Source: a virus (Duplodnaviria > Heunggongvirae > Uroviricota > Caudoviricetes). Taken from it: a stretch of 47,028 bases of DNA. The notes beneath the pieces are model-generated. The model was given only the letters and a program-made list of their open reading frames with translations. It searched no databases and was not told where the DNA came from. The stretch's first letter is position 1, and each line of letters opens with the position of its first letter. The stretch lies in the IMG/VR virus record IMGVR_UViG_2778261425_000003; one strand, given 5' to 3'. A program made the position numbers and the translations under genes. Of the stretch, positions 11,384 to 21,294 are shown piece by piece.

Positions 11384-11928
11384 GCCTCCATCGCTTTATC
11401 CGGTTTGTCGGTGTTACTGCCCTGACCGTTCTCTCTGTGACGATGCCCGTTATAGGCAAGCCGCATCGCTGACATGGTGGTGCCGCCGGAGTCGCACAGG
11501 TCTTTCACCTGTCCGGTCACTTCCAGGTCCATTTCAAAACGTGCTTCAGGTGCATTGCGAAACGTGATCGTTTTACCTGCACCGTCCACCACGATCCCCT
11601 CCCGGGTCAGCGTCACGGACTGCCCCTGATCGTCATAGACAGCCACCTCACCCGTCTGCAGCCCTTTCAGGCGGTAGCGACGGTCCGACACCGTAACAAC
11701 CACCGCATGAGAACGGTCGCCATCCGGAAACAACACCACAGCTTCCGCACCGCTGTTTGCCCTTGCGGTAAAACCGTAGGGTTCAAGATGTTCAACCCCG
11801 GCTTTGGGTTCACCGGCAATCAGGGACACATCCACGGTCTGACATTTCGTGGCGGCACTGATGCTTTTCACCACGGCCCGCCCAATCAGGCCGAGGAGTT
11901 GTCGCTGCATGGCTTCAATCGTCCTCAT
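11380..11928 (-). CDS. baseplate assembly protein (Mu gp45 / V-like)
   Basis: 182 aa; conserved position. Confidence 0.6.
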   Translation of the reverse strand: MRTIEAMQRQLLGLIGRAVVKSISAATKCQTVDVSLIAGEPKAGVEHLEPYGFTARANSGAEAVVLFPDGDRSHAVVVTVSDRRYRLKGLQTGEVAVYDDQGQSVTLTREGIVVDGAGKTITFRNAPEARFEMDLEVTGQVKDLCDSGGTTMSAMRLAYNGHRHRENGQGSNTDKPDKAMEA

Positions 11929-13007
11929 CAGAACGGGTCCTCCTGTACTCTGGCTTTTTTCTTTTTCCGCGCGCCGGGGGCTTCGGGTTCAGGCAGATAA
12001 GCATCAGACGGGCCGACACGGATTTCCGTCAGGGTGCCGTTCTGGTCCTGAGTAAACGTGACTTCCGAAACAAGCAGTTCGGTATTGTCGAAACCACAGA
12101 CCGGATCGAAGACAATCACCCGCTGGTTGGGCTGCCACAGCGTACCGTTACCCTGTCGCCAGCCCTGCACCACATAGGTGGTTTCATCCGTCCGCGCCGC
12201 CCGTTGTCGGGCTTCAAAGTCCGCACGGGCAATACAACCTGCCCCCGTAGCCTGCCCTGTCTGCCTGATATACATCGGACGGTAACGGGCAATAAATGCG
12301 TCCTCTGTGCGGGCCCGCAGCGCGGTGGTGGTGGCCTCACCGAAATCATCGTCGTTTCCGGCACGCTGCCCCGCCACCTGGTAAACAGAAAATCGCTCCC
12401 GGATACTCTTCTCCGTATCGCAGGAAAGGATGTTTTCCCCGAGTACCAGCGCGGTATGTGCCCGCGTTGAGCCAATACCGCCAATCACCAGCCTGCCGTG
12501 CGGGTCGTCATAAGCCAGCGCCTGCTGCTGACCGAGTATTTTGTTAATCACCTCGATCACCGTTTCACCGTGATCAGGCTGGACATCAGGAATAACACCC
12601 GACGGCGCACCGCTGTTCACCACCTCAATGCCGAAGGGCGCAGCAAGCGCCTGCGCAATCTGTACCAGTGATCGTCCGTTAAACTGTGTCGGTTCGGCTG
12701 CACAATCAATCAGGTCAGCGGTCAGACTGCGTCCGGCAATACCGGTGCTGACCGAACGGGCATCGTAACGAACGGGCGTCGCCTCCACCCAGCCGGTGAT
12801 CACCAGCTCATCACCAATCAGCACCTCCACTTTTGAACCGTTTTTAATGCGCGGCTGAAGCGTGGTAATACCCTCATCACCCGGCCACTGGCGGGTGATC
12901 TCCACACTGAAATCCCGCGCCAGCCGTTCAATACCGGCACCGATGCGCACCGATGTCCAGCCATTCCACTCCCGGCCATTTACCCGTAGCGTGACATTGT
13001 CGTTCAT
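11928..13007 (-). CDS. Mu P-like (gp44) baseplate hub/tail protein
   Basis: 359 aa; follows the DNA circulation gene as in Mu. Confidence 0.6.
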   Translation of the reverse strand: MNDNVTLRVNGREWNGWTSVRIGAGIERLARDFSVEITRQWPGDEGITTLQPRIKNGSKVEVLIGDELVITGWVEATPVRYDARSVSTGIAGRSLTADLIDCAAEPTQFNGRSLVQIAQALAAPFGIEVVNSGAPSGVIPDVQPDHGETVIEVINKILGQQQALAYDDPHGRLVIGGIGSTRAHTALVLGENILSCDTEKSIRERFSVYQVAGQRAGNDDDFGEATTTALRARTEDAFIARYRPMYIRQTGQATGAGCIARADFEARQRAARTDETTYVVQGWRQGNGTLWQPNQRVIVFDPVCGFDNTELLVSEVTFTQDQNGTLTEIRVGPSDAYLPEPEAPGARKKKKARVQEDPF

Positions 13008-14338
13008 TGCACTGGCACCTTCAGAGGGATCACCGGCACAAAGCCGGGATGCGTAATGGCATTACGCCGGATAATGTCCGCGTCACGCGCCGCGTTATCA
13101 AACCAGGTCGCCGCCAGCACCAGCGCGGGTAAAACCTCATCCGGTGTGCGCTGAATGATCCGTGCAGACTGTTCAAGGCGCGTGTTGATATCCGCATTCA
13201 GATCTGCTTTCACCCGGCGCAGCGCCAGAAACAGCGCATCGCTGGTTGTACGGGACAACTCCTTATCAATTGCCGTATTCAGTGTGTCGCGAATGTCAGT
13301 CAGTTCTTCCCACGTCGGCAGGTCAACCGTGTTTTTCACCGCCGGTGCATTGTTCAGTGCCGGATGCGTGACGGAAGGCCAGCCAGTGCTCTGCGCGGGT
13401 GTTGTTGCCTGCCCCACTGTGGCATTCTGCATCACCGCGGAAGTTGTTGGCGCAGGCAATCGGGTGACGGCATACGCCGCTTCGCTGATTGCGGTCGTAC
13501 GAAGGGTGCTGGCAACCACGTTACGCTGCTGCGTCGCCGTGGCGGTGGTTTTACTGTCCGTTTTCCAGACGCCGCGCGGTTGCAGATCGCTGCCGAGGCT
13601 GACACCGGAAAGCGTTTTGATCATGGTGACCAGGTCGCTGGCGTTACCATAAAGGCGTTTCCCGGTACGCCACATTTTCTGCACCTGCTCAACGAAATTT
13701 TTGCCTGACGATGGCGGCGGCAGAAGTACCGAGATATCCCCCTGCAACAGCCTGGCGGCGTCCGATACGGCAGAATCCACCACTTTCATCGCATCAGAAA
13801 CATACCCCAGCATTATGCTGGCATTACCGATAACGTCGTTCTGCACGAAATCCGCCACACCATCGATACTGAAACCGCTGAAGCTGTCACTGATGCAGTT
13901 ATCCAGTGCAGAACAGGATGACATCAGCGTCTGCGCCGTCGCCGCACCTGATGTGGGGTAAGAGAGTTCTCCTGCTTCGACAAACTTCAGGTCAAAGCGG
14001 ACAATACGCCCTTCACTTTTCGATGTGCTGACCCGAACTTCCCCGTCAACACAGACTTTCAGCTCACCGTATGTCGGATGGACAAGCGTGCCGGGACCGG
14101 GTTTATTCAGCGCGTCAATCAGGCGATCGCGCTGGTCAAAGCAGTCATCTCCCACCACATAAGCCGTGATGGACGGGCGAAAAGTGATTTTCCCCAGGTC
14201 TTCGGTATAGGGTTTGTCGCGGTTCGGGTATTCATGTGTTTCCACACGGCGACCGGTTCCCGCACTTTCTTCTTCAACCTTAAACGGCACACCTCGAAAT
14301 GACGCATCCTGAAGCCTGTCTTTCCACGTCATATACAC
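13004..14338 (-). CDS. DNA circulation protein (Mu N-like, gp43)
   Basis: 444 aa; downstream of the tape measure gene. Confidence 0.65.
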   Translation of the reverse strand: MYMTWKDRLQDASFRGVPFKVEEESAGTGRRVETHEYPNRDKPYTEDLGKITFRPSITAYVVGDDCFDQRDRLIDALNKPGPGTLVHPTYGELKVCVDGEVRVSTSKSEGRIVRFDLKFVEAGELSYPTSGAATAQTLMSSCSALDNCISDSFSGFSIDGVADFVQNDVIGNASIMLGYVSDAMKVVDSAVSDAARLLQGDISVLLPPPSSGKNFVEQVQKMWRTGKRLYGNASDLVTMIKTLSGVSLGSDLQPRGVWKTDSKTTATATQQRNVVASTLRTTAISEAAYAVTRLPAPTTSAVMQNATVGQATTPAQSTGWPSVTHPALNNAPAVKNTVDLPTWEELTDIRDTLNTAIDKELSRTTSDALFLALRRVKADLNADINTRLEQSARIIQRTPDEVLPALVLAATWFDNAARDADIIRRNAITHPGFVPVIPLKVPVQ

Positions 14339-14341
14339 TCC

Positions 14342-14378
14342 GAAAATAAAAAAGCCACCTATTAGAAGGTGGCCTTGT
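14342..14378 (-). terminator. rho-independent terminator of the tail-operon moron
   Basis: On the minus strand: hairpin AAGGCCACC/GGTGGCCTT (14352-14376) followed by TTTTTTATTTT. Confidence 0.7.
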
Positions 14379-14393
14379 AATGAATTTTATTAA

Positions 14394-14924
14394 TTAGCGA
14401 GTCAGAAACAACGAATCTTTATACTTTTGCTGTTGTTCATTTAAATACTTAGCTGTTTCATCGCTGGCAAATGGAAATATTACCGTATTTTTAGGCATGG
14501 TAATTTCTTTTTTGTCCAGCGTCAAAGTAAACATAGGAACATACTGAGCAGAGTAACGCACCGCAGAAACGAGCTCTAGTTTAGACTCTTCAATAACACT
14601 CAAATTATCCAGGCTAACTTTCTCTTCATCTTTTTTCTTTGACGCATTTAAAGTTTTTATTACTTTATTTAATTTCTCCTGAAAATCCTCCTTAAAGTTT
14701 TCAGGATTGCCGTCGACAATAAGAATCTGTTCACCCTGATTATCTGGAAAAATAATCTTTGCACTTATCAATTTATTTTCTTTATAAACATCACCAAGTT
14801 TTATGGCTCCTCCAGATAACTGAATAATATGTTCATCTTTAAAGGAGATGTTGCCAGAGATTATGAGAGATGAAAAAATAGCCGCTACTCCAAGAATTAC
14901 ACTTGCTGTGATATAGCCTTTCAT
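14394..14924 (-). CDS. moron: hypothetical membrane-anchored or exported protein, very low GC
   Basis: 176 aa, N-terminal hydrophobic segment ITASVILGVAAIFSSLIISG, Lys/Glu-rich; inserted between the tape measure and DNA circulation genes with its own promoter-like element and terminator. Confidence 0.7.
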   Translation of the reverse strand: MKGYITASVILGVAAIFSSLIISGNISFKDEHIIQLSGGAIKLGDVYKENKLISAKIIFPDNQGEQILIVDGNPENFKEDFQEKLNKVIKTLNASKKKDEEKVSLDNLSVIEESKLELVSAVRYSAQYVPMFTLTLDKKEITMPKNTVIFPFASDETAKYLNEQQQKYKDSLFLTR

Positions 14925-14949
14925 TTTTCGCCTATTAACATTTTTCTAA

Positions 14950-14977
14950 ATGTGCATTAATTCTATCACTCTATTTA
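14950..14977 (-). promoter_or_regulatory. putative sigma70 promoter for the moron (TTGTAA, 16-nt spacer, TAGAAT)
   Basis: Minus-strand -35 at 14977-14972 and -10 at 14955-14950, about 25 nt upstream of ATG 14924. Confidence 0.45.
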
Positions 14978-15015
14978 TGACTTACAACCAGCAATACATG
15001 TGAGGGGAATCCTGG

Positions 15016-16848
15016 CTACCAAAATCGGGTATAGCCAACATCGTGATTTATATCAATGCCACTGGAGCGTGTTTCCGTAACCCGCATACCTGGTGGCATA
15101 TTTATAAATGATACTTTGATCTCACCATCAACTTTTGGCGCGGTAGCTTTATTAATCATGAAGGGATTCGGGCCTGTGGCACCGGAGGCGTTGTTTGCCT
15201 GAGCCGGATCCACCGCCGGATAAGGAGTGTATCCCCGTGCCGGTATTCCCGTCCCATAAGCATCATAAGCACCCGCGCCCCACTGCGCAGAGTTAATGGC
15301 ATCGACCGTGTCACCGGAACTGTCGGTAAACCACTCAATAATTGGCTTCAGCTTGTCCCACATATCCTGAAACCACTTAACAACCGGCCCCCAGTTATTG
15401 ATCACCATCCCCAGCGGCGACCAGGCAAAAACTTTCTTAAGGAGTTCCCAGCCAGCCTCAAAATAAGGACCAATGGTTTCCCAGAGCTTCTTGAAATAAG
15501 GTCCGACAACATCCCAGTTAGTGATAATTAATCCCGCAGCCAGGGCTATCGCCGTCGCAATCATGCCAATCGGCGTCATCGACATGATCCTGCTGACAAT
15601 GCTGATGGCACCGCCCACGCCCATCAATCCCAGTTTCAGAATCGCAAGACCGGCAGCAAGCCCGACGACGCCGCGAATAACCCGGGGATTTTCATCCGCA
15701 AACTTCGTGAATTTTTCCCCCAACTCCCCCAGCCATTGCGTGATATTTTTAGCGTCACCAGAAAATGCGCCGCCAATAGCTGCAAGACCGTTAGTTGCGG
15801 TCCCCGTCATTGCCTCCCACAGGTTGGACAGCGTACCAAGCTGTGCCTGAACACGTTTATTCAGGCTGGCCTGTTTATTCATCTTCTGCTGGATCTGATC
15901 GTAACCATCCTTTCCTTTATCGATCAGAGCATTGACCACCTGAAGGGTTTCGGCATCATCACCAAATATTGCCTTAAGTACACCGGTTCGCTTAACGTCG
16001 GTCAATTTTCGCAGCTTTGCCAGTTGCTTAAACATGTTATCAAGACCGCCAAAACTCCCTTTGCCGTCAGTAAAATCGAGCTGTACCCCGAGTTTCTGGC
16101 GGGCCATAACTTTATTAACGTCCCTGATTTTCTTAACGCTTAATCCGGACTGGATAACTTTTCGCAGGGCATTACCTGCCGACTCCCCGTTCATCCCCAT
16201 CTGATCCATCATGACGCTGATGGGGGCAAGGCTCTGTGCAGCCTGAAGACCGTCCTTGTTCACCATCTTCAGAACAGAACTGGTTTTAGTGAAGAAGGAC
16301 AACATGTTGGTATCGTCAACGCCCAGATAAAACGCCTTCTGGATAGTGTCGAACAGCCCCATCATGTCTTCTGACGCCGTTCCGGTAGCATCCTGCATCT
16401 TTGCGGCAAACTCGGCAGCCGCTTCCGGTGTTTTTTTCAGTTGTACCGCAAGATAAGCTGTCGCTTTACCCACACCGCCAAGAATGTTTTCTGCCGGGAT
16501 CCCCTGACGCACCAGCATCTGCATCATGTTCTGAAAATCAGCCGTTGTACCGGGTAGCTGGTTACCCAGACCAATAGCCAGTTTATTGATGTCCTGAAAG
16601 CTCTTTCCGACCTCACCGTTCGCATCCATCATGGCAACTTTCAGCCCGGTGGCGGCGTTTTCCTGATCGGCATAAGATTTCAGGGAAAGCGTCAGACCCG
16701 CTGCCAGTCCGCCACCAAGCGCCAGCCCACCCTGTGACGCTTCTTCCGCCTGGCGTTTAAATCCCCGGATTTTCTTTTGCATTTTCGACAGCGCGGGAGA
16801 AAGCCTGTCGACACCGGTGATCAACGCCTTAAGCTCAAATTCAGCCAT
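15016..16848 (-). CDS. tail tape measure protein
   Basis: 610 aa, Ala/Gly-rich with hydrophobic central segments; downstream of the chaperone frameshift pair. Confidence 0.8.
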   Translation of the reverse strand: MAEFELKALITGVDRLSPALSKMQKKIRGFKRQAEEASQGGLALGGGLAAGLTLSLKSYADQENAATGLKVAMMDANGEVGKSFQDINKLAIGLGNQLPGTTADFQNMMQMLVRQGIPAENILGGVGKATAYLAVQLKKTPEAAAEFAAKMQDATGTASEDMMGLFDTIQKAFYLGVDDTNMLSFFTKTSSVLKMVNKDGLQAAQSLAPISVMMDQMGMNGESAGNALRKVIQSGLSVKKIRDVNKVMARQKLGVQLDFTDGKGSFGGLDNMFKQLAKLRKLTDVKRTGVLKAIFGDDAETLQVVNALIDKGKDGYDQIQQKMNKQASLNKRVQAQLGTLSNLWEAMTGTATNGLAAIGGAFSGDAKNITQWLGELGEKFTKFADENPRVIRGVVGLAAGLAILKLGLMGVGGAISIVSRIMSMTPIGMIATAIALAAGLIITNWDVVGPYFKKLWETIGPYFEAGWELLKKVFAWSPLGMVINNWGPVVKWFQDMWDKLKPIIEWFTDSSGDTVDAINSAQWGAGAYDAYGTGIPARGYTPYPAVDPAQANNASGATGPNPFMINKATAPKVDGEIKVSFINMPPGMRVTETRSSGIDINHDVGYTRFW

Positions 16849-17023
16849 GTGTGCGTTTCTCCTGCTCTATCCTGTTTGCCTGACTGACCAGCAAGGGAAT
16901 TTCACTGATCGGCATATTCAGCAATTCGAAGGGATTAATGCGCCAGTAGCTGGCGCAGTCAAAGAAGCGATCAGTGAGGTATTCAGCCGTCAGGCCTGGA
17001 GGAAAAAACCAGCCACAAGCCAC
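16841..17023 (-). CDS. tail assembly chaperone, -1 frameshift extension ORF
   Basis: Overlaps the 3' end of 16990-17259 in the -1 frame; slippery heptamer T TTT TTC at 17008-17002. Confidence 0.55.
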   Translation of the reverse strand: MACGWFFPPGLTAEYLTDRFFDCASYWRINPFELLNMPISEIPLLVSQANRIEQEKRTHG

Positions 17024-17259
17024 GCCGCTGCATTCAGGTCTGCCGGAGACATCTGGTCGACAGAGCTTTGCGGCACTTTCGCCAGCCGCACAATGTATTT
17101 CGACACCACATGCGCCAGAAGTCTGACGGACTCATCCTGATTCATCTGGTAGGGATACCCCAGCTCGCGGACATCCTTCCCGGTGGGTTCATCAAACTCC
17201 AGTACGGAGAGTGTCTCACCATGAGCGATAATCGGTTTCTTTAACTCAAGCTCTTTCAT
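16990..17259 (-). CDS. tail assembly chaperone (between tube and tape measure)
   Basis: 89 aa; conserved position; ends 6 codons after the slippery site. Confidence 0.6.
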   Translation of the reverse strand: MKELELKKPIIAHGETLSVLEFDEPTGKDVRELGYPYQMNQDESVRLLAHVVSKYIVRLAKVPQSSVDQMSPADLNAAAWLVAGFFLQA

Positions 17260-17615
17260 TACTGGTAATCCCCTTCTTCACCGTGGAACTCAAGATCAAC
17301 CGTGCCTTCTTCGGCATTATGGTTCGCTTCTCCGTGCAGCCAGGCGGACGACAATACATAGACCTGACCGTTCGCCAGCTCGGCAGTGATAGTCATCTCA
17401 TCAGACGAGGTGATTTTGCTCACCGGAAAATTCTTCGGCACCTTGAAGGTCCCTTTGACATAAGGCGCACGGTGAGTTTCCTTGCGGTCCACTGAACCGT
17501 CCAGGCCGATGATGTCATCATTGACCGTCCTGTTCATGGGCACCTCAATGCCGCCGGTCAGCGATAGCTGCTGACCGTCAATTTTGAAATAACAGGTTCC
17601 CCCGATACGGGCCAT
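17259..17615 (-). CDS. tail tube protein (contractile tail)
   Basis: 118 aa immediately downstream of the sheath gene. Confidence 0.7.
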   Translation of the reverse strand: MARIGGTCYFKIDGQQLSLTGGIEVPMNRTVNDDIIGLDGSVDRKETHRAPYVKGTFKVPKNFPVSKITSSDEMTITAELANGQVYVLSSAWLHGEANHNAEEGTVDLEFHGEEGDYQ

Positions 17616-19111
17616 TATGCAGACTCCTCTGAATACTGAAGACGGAACTGGTTAACCACGGCAAAGACACGCAACTGGTTAACATAGTCAGGCGGGAACA
17701 GCGTGTTCAGGCGGTTCGGATCGCTGGCATCACGCTCCACAACCAGGTACTGCTTAAACAGTTCGTAGTTTTCCACGATCCCCGCACGCTCAAGCTGACG
17801 GTAGGTTGCCAGCAGTTCCCCTTTGATCACCGCCGGGGTGACAATCGCCTGACCGGGACCAAAGCGGGTACCGTCACTGGCAAGCTTGTGACGCCCGTAC
17901 TTACTGGTAATGACGGATTTCAGTTTGCGCAGTACATACGAGCTGGTATGCAGAGTCTCACTGTCTAGGTAGCTGTTATCCGCAATCCCGTAAGCGTTTT
18001 TCCTGTACGTGGTGACATCACGCTGAATGCGCAGTACCCCGCTTTCGACATACGCCGTTGCCACGCCATGAGACAGCAGGGTCTGTTGTTCGGTCATCGT
18101 GAACCGTTTCCCCTTCGGCGCAGGCAGCATACCCACCAGCTCACCGGTCTGCGTGGGACGTGCCGGATCGTTGCGAATAAACACCGCTGCGCGGGCGGTA
18201 CGGCTTGCCGCCAGTTCGTCGGCAGGCGTCTGGGTCTCTTTTTCGTACCCCGCCAGGGTAATGTGCTGCTGGTTAAACTGGTCACCTGCGGTCACCAGTT
18301 CTGACAGCGTGCCGATCTTTGCCGTATACACATGACCATACAGCTGACGCGCATAGCTCCAGCGACCGCTGGTATCGTTCATCTCGGTCACCAGCGTGTT
18401 AACGGAGGCCGTGTCGTTGAACGGCAGACCGATATAATCAAACGGCTCATCCGCCATTGCAGCCACCGCGCCGGTGAGAACCGGAGCACCCGTTCCGGCG
18501 GTACCCGTCGCCACGGCAATCTGTACGCCCGCTGGCAGCACTTCGCCCCCACCAAAGCCGTAGTAATTGAGGCTGACAGGAATTTCATTCCCGCAAAGCC
18601 CCTTATGACGCGCGGTCAGTGTGACCACGCCTGCCGAAGATGAAGCCGTAAACGGCAGGGCCGGAACGGCATTGATGGCATCTTTGATACTGCTGGCAAT
18701 CGTCGTGACGTTATCGCCGTTGGTCACCGGAGCCTGCACGCGGGTACGTCCCACATAGACATTCACCGTGCCGGTTTCGGTTGCCGCCCCGGTCACCGTC
18801 AGCGTAACCGTTGCCGCCGCGCCTGTGGATTCAGGAACGGCAATCACATACAGCTCGCCAAACGGGTCGGTCTGGCGATAAGCCTCAACCATACGCGCCA
18901 GCTGACTTCCCGCACCACAAATCTGGCGTGCATAGTCTGCCGACGGCATCAGTACCAGACTGTTGGCAACAATCTCTGCACCGTTATTGGCATGACCAAT
19001 CAGCAGCGATGCTCCGCTGTCCTGTGCAGTATTCGCCGCCTGATTATCCATTTCCGCATAAAACAGCGGAACCAGCGTATTCGACGGAATGGTGTTAAAG
19101 CTTATCGTCAT
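17615..19111 (-). CDS. tail sheath protein
   Basis: 498 aa; size and position typical of Mu L-type sheath. Confidence 0.8.
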   Translation of the reverse strand: MTISFNTIPSNTLVPLFYAEMDNQAANTAQDSGASLLIGHANNGAEIVANSLVLMPSADYARQICGAGSQLARMVEAYRQTDPFGELYVIAVPESTGAAATVTLTVTGAATETGTVNVYVGRTRVQAPVTNGDNVTTIASSIKDAINAVPALPFTASSSAGVVTLTARHKGLCGNEIPVSLNYYGFGGGEVLPAGVQIAVATGTAGTGAPVLTGAVAAMADEPFDYIGLPFNDTASVNTLVTEMNDTSGRWSYARQLYGHVYTAKIGTLSELVTAGDQFNQQHITLAGYEKETQTPADELAASRTARAAVFIRNDPARPTQTGELVGMLPAPKGKRFTMTEQQTLLSHGVATAYVESGVLRIQRDVTTYRKNAYGIADNSYLDSETLHTSSYVLRKLKSVITSKYGRHKLASDGTRFGPGQAIVTPAVIKGELLATYRQLERAGIVENYELFKQYLVVERDASDPNRLNTLFPPDYVNQLRVFAVVNQFRLQYSEESA

Positions 19112-19265
19112 CGGTGTTCACCTTTTTATTCACGCGCCGGATATCACCCGCTACTTCACGGCGCAGCCAGTAGTTGTTCTCGTCAACATTTCGCCCTTCG
19201 GCGGGCAAAAGGTCGCCGCGGGCAGGGTCAGGAACTGACCGCCCTTTAACAGGTTTGACAAACAT
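19095..19265 (-). CDS. small hypothetical protein upstream of the sheath gene
   Basis: 56-aa ORF MFVKPVKGRSVPDPARGDLLPAEGRN..., overlaps the sheath start by 17 nt. Confidence 0.35.
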   Translation of the reverse strand: MFVKPVKGRSVPDPARGDLLPAEGRNVDENNYWLRREVAGDIRRVNKKVNTDDDKL

Positions 19266-19273
19266 GAGGATCC

Positions 19274-19834
19274 TCAGGAAGGAAGGGTTATTTCGGTGTG
19301 ATGTTCGATATCGCCGTCAGGCCCGTTACCGGGCTCGAGATAATCAACATCAATCGCCAGCGTTTGCAGTTCATCCAGACTGTTCAGATCATCCTGCTGG
19401 CGGGTATCGTCTTCAGTCAGCTCGCTGATGACCGAAAAATCGAACTGATAAATCAGCTCATGACGATTCAGATCCAGCAGCGTGCCGCCGTCATAGGTAA
19501 TCGGGTTACCGCACGCTTCCGGGTTCCAGCCCAGCAGGGCCTTAAAGAGCATCTGCCGGACATCGTCCACCACATCATACGAGGCAAACTGACCGCGCTC
19601 ATCACGCCCGTTACTTAGTATGACAACCACGGAGAAGCCCTCTTTCAGCTCCTGCCAGTAGTCGGTCTGGCTTTTGTTTTCTCCCGGAGAGTCATCACCC
19701 GGTACCACATACGCCGCCGGGAGTCTCAGCTTTCCGACCTCCGGCAGATTTTTGAACTGTGCCGCGCCTGCCACCCGGTTTTCAAAATACGGGCAGCGGG
19801 CACGCAGCGCAGCAATAACAGGCGTCAGTTTCAT
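19274..19834 (-). CDS. tail completion/neck protein (Mu gp37/38-like)
   Basis: 186 aa; position between head-tail joining genes and sheath. Confidence 0.5.
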   Translation of the reverse strand: MKLTPVIAALRARCPYFENRVAGAAQFKNLPEVGKLRLPAAYVVPGDDSPGENKSQTDYWQELKEGFSVVVILSNGRDERGQFASYDVVDDVRQMLFKALLGWNPEACGNPITYDGGTLLDLNRHELIYQFDFSVISELTEDDTRQQDDLNSLDELQTLAIDVDYLEPGNGPDGDIEHHTEITLPS

Positions 19835-20337
19835 CTGTGTCGTCGCTCCGGCTTCAGTGATTTACGCAATTCCCGCGCCAGAAAATAGCGTGTCCAGCTG
19901 CGGTTCTTTTCAAGCGTTTCCACCATGAAGTTATTACGTGGAGCCAGTCGCCAGCCGCTGCCACCGGATGCACCACGATGATGACTACGACGACGTTTTG
20001 CTCCTCCCCGGACACCAAAAAACAGAAATGCCGGATAGAAGTCACCAGAGATCATCCGGTTCCCCTTCCCGTTGCGCTGGTTAGGGGCAATGCGTGTCAT
20101 AAAACCGGCTCGCTTTTTACTGGCTCTCGGCACCATATAACCAATCGAACGAGCCAAGCGTCCGGTCTGATAACCGGGGTTTTCACCTGGTGCCGACCGC
20201 GCACGGCGCATCACCAGCCGACGGGCATCACGCATATGACGCTGCCCAATCGTGACAAACGCCCGCCGGACACGGGCGCGGTTAAAGCGCATCTCGGCGG
20301 GCTGCTGAACATCAACGTGAAAAAAGGGAGTCGCCAT
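19831..20337 (-). CDS. virion morphogenesis protein (HK97 gp10-like / Mu G-like), Arg-rich
   Basis: 168 aa; translationally coupled to neighbours. Confidence 0.5.
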   Translation of the reverse strand: MATPFFHVDVQQPAEMRFNRARVRRAFVTIGQRHMRDARRLVMRRARSAPGENPGYQTGRLARSIGYMVPRASKKRAGFMTRIAPNQRNGKGNRMISGDFYPAFLFFGVRGGAKRRRSHHRGASGGSGWRLAPRNNFMVETLEKNRSWTRYFLARELRKSLKPERRHR

Positions 20338-20722
20338 TGCTGCCTCCGTGACTCTGCCTACATTCGCCCAGCTCCGTACACTCCAGCAGCAGAAAGCGCC
20401 GCGCCCCGTTCAGATCACGCTGACGTTTCACCCGGTACACACTGTCATCACAGACCACCTCATAATCAGCAGTGATCCCCCGGCGGTAACGAATGGTGAT
20501 GTAATGGGTGATGGCGTCCCCGGTCTGCGCGGTTTCCTGCCAGGTGGTGGCACTGGTCTGGATAACCTTCGCCCATGTCCGGAACGTAACCGGGTATTGA
20601 GGCTCCACGCCAAAGTTATCCGCGGGCATATCCACCCGCTGGCGGATCAGGACGCGTTTATTCAGTTCACCGGGGTCCGGCAGAATGTAGGTTGCGCTGG
20701 TCTGCGCCTGACGAATTTTCAT
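20312..20722 (-). CDS. head-tail adaptor / head closure protein
   Basis: 136 aa; conserved position after the gp6-like connector. Confidence 0.55.
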   Translation of the reverse strand: MKIRQAQTSATYILPDPGELNKRVLIRQRVDMPADNFGVEPQYPVTFRTWAKVIQTSATTWQETAQTGDAITHYITIRYRRGITADYEVVCDDSVYRVKRQRDLNGARRFLLLECTELGECRQSHGGSNGDSLFSR

Positions 20723-21042
20723 TGCGGAAAGTACCTGTACGGGCCGACAAGCCAGCCAAAACTCTGCGGCATGTCGAGTTTCTCCACTTCCGTAACCGAC
20801 GAGCGGTTTTCGTAAAAATGGCTGATAAGCATCAGCATCCCCAGACGAATATCATCCGGCAGGTGCAGCCCGTCCGGATCGCTGTCCGGAATGGTTTCAT
20901 CCGGTGCATAGAGCTTCCGGTTCAGATACGTTTCCGTCCGCTTTTGTGCCGCACAGGCCAGCAGTTGCAGATGACGGTCATCAGCATCGAAATCCTCATC
21001 CAGCCGGAGTTGGGCTTTAATCTCTTCCATTGTCAGAAGCAT
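20719..21042 (-). CDS. head-tail connector protein (gp6-like)
   Basis: 107 aa MLLTMEEIKAQLRLDEDFDADD...; immediately after the capsid genes. Confidence 0.6.
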   Translation of the reverse strand: MLLTMEEIKAQLRLDEDFDADDRHLQLLACAAQKRTETYLNRKLYAPDETIPDSDPDGLHLPDDIRLGMLMLISHFYENRSSVTEVEKLDMPQSFGWLVGPYRYFPQ

Positions 21043-21044
21043 AC

Positions 21045-21245
21045 TCAGCCCTCTTTACTGGTCGTGGCTTTTTTCTCTTTTGCCGCTTTACTGCTTTTTG
21101 CACTGGTTCCGCGCTCTGCTAACCCGGCCTGAAGTGCAATCTCCTGCACCCGGGCAGGAAGCGCCCCGTCGTCATACTCACCGGCCCGAATGACCTCAAC
21201 ACGCATACCGTCCGGTGACCATTTCAGATCTTGTTTCAGGATCAT
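21045..21245 (-). CDS. small hypothetical head-module protein
   Basis: 66-aa ORF with Lys/Ala-rich tail between capsid and connector genes. Confidence 0.4.
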   Translation of the reverse strand: MILKQDLKWSPDGMRVEVIRAGEYDDGALPARVQEIALQAGLAERGTSAKSSKAAKEKKATTSKEG

Positions 21246-21294
21246 GATTCTTCACCCGTCAGAACAGGGGGCGCGGTTCCGCGCCCCTGAGTGA

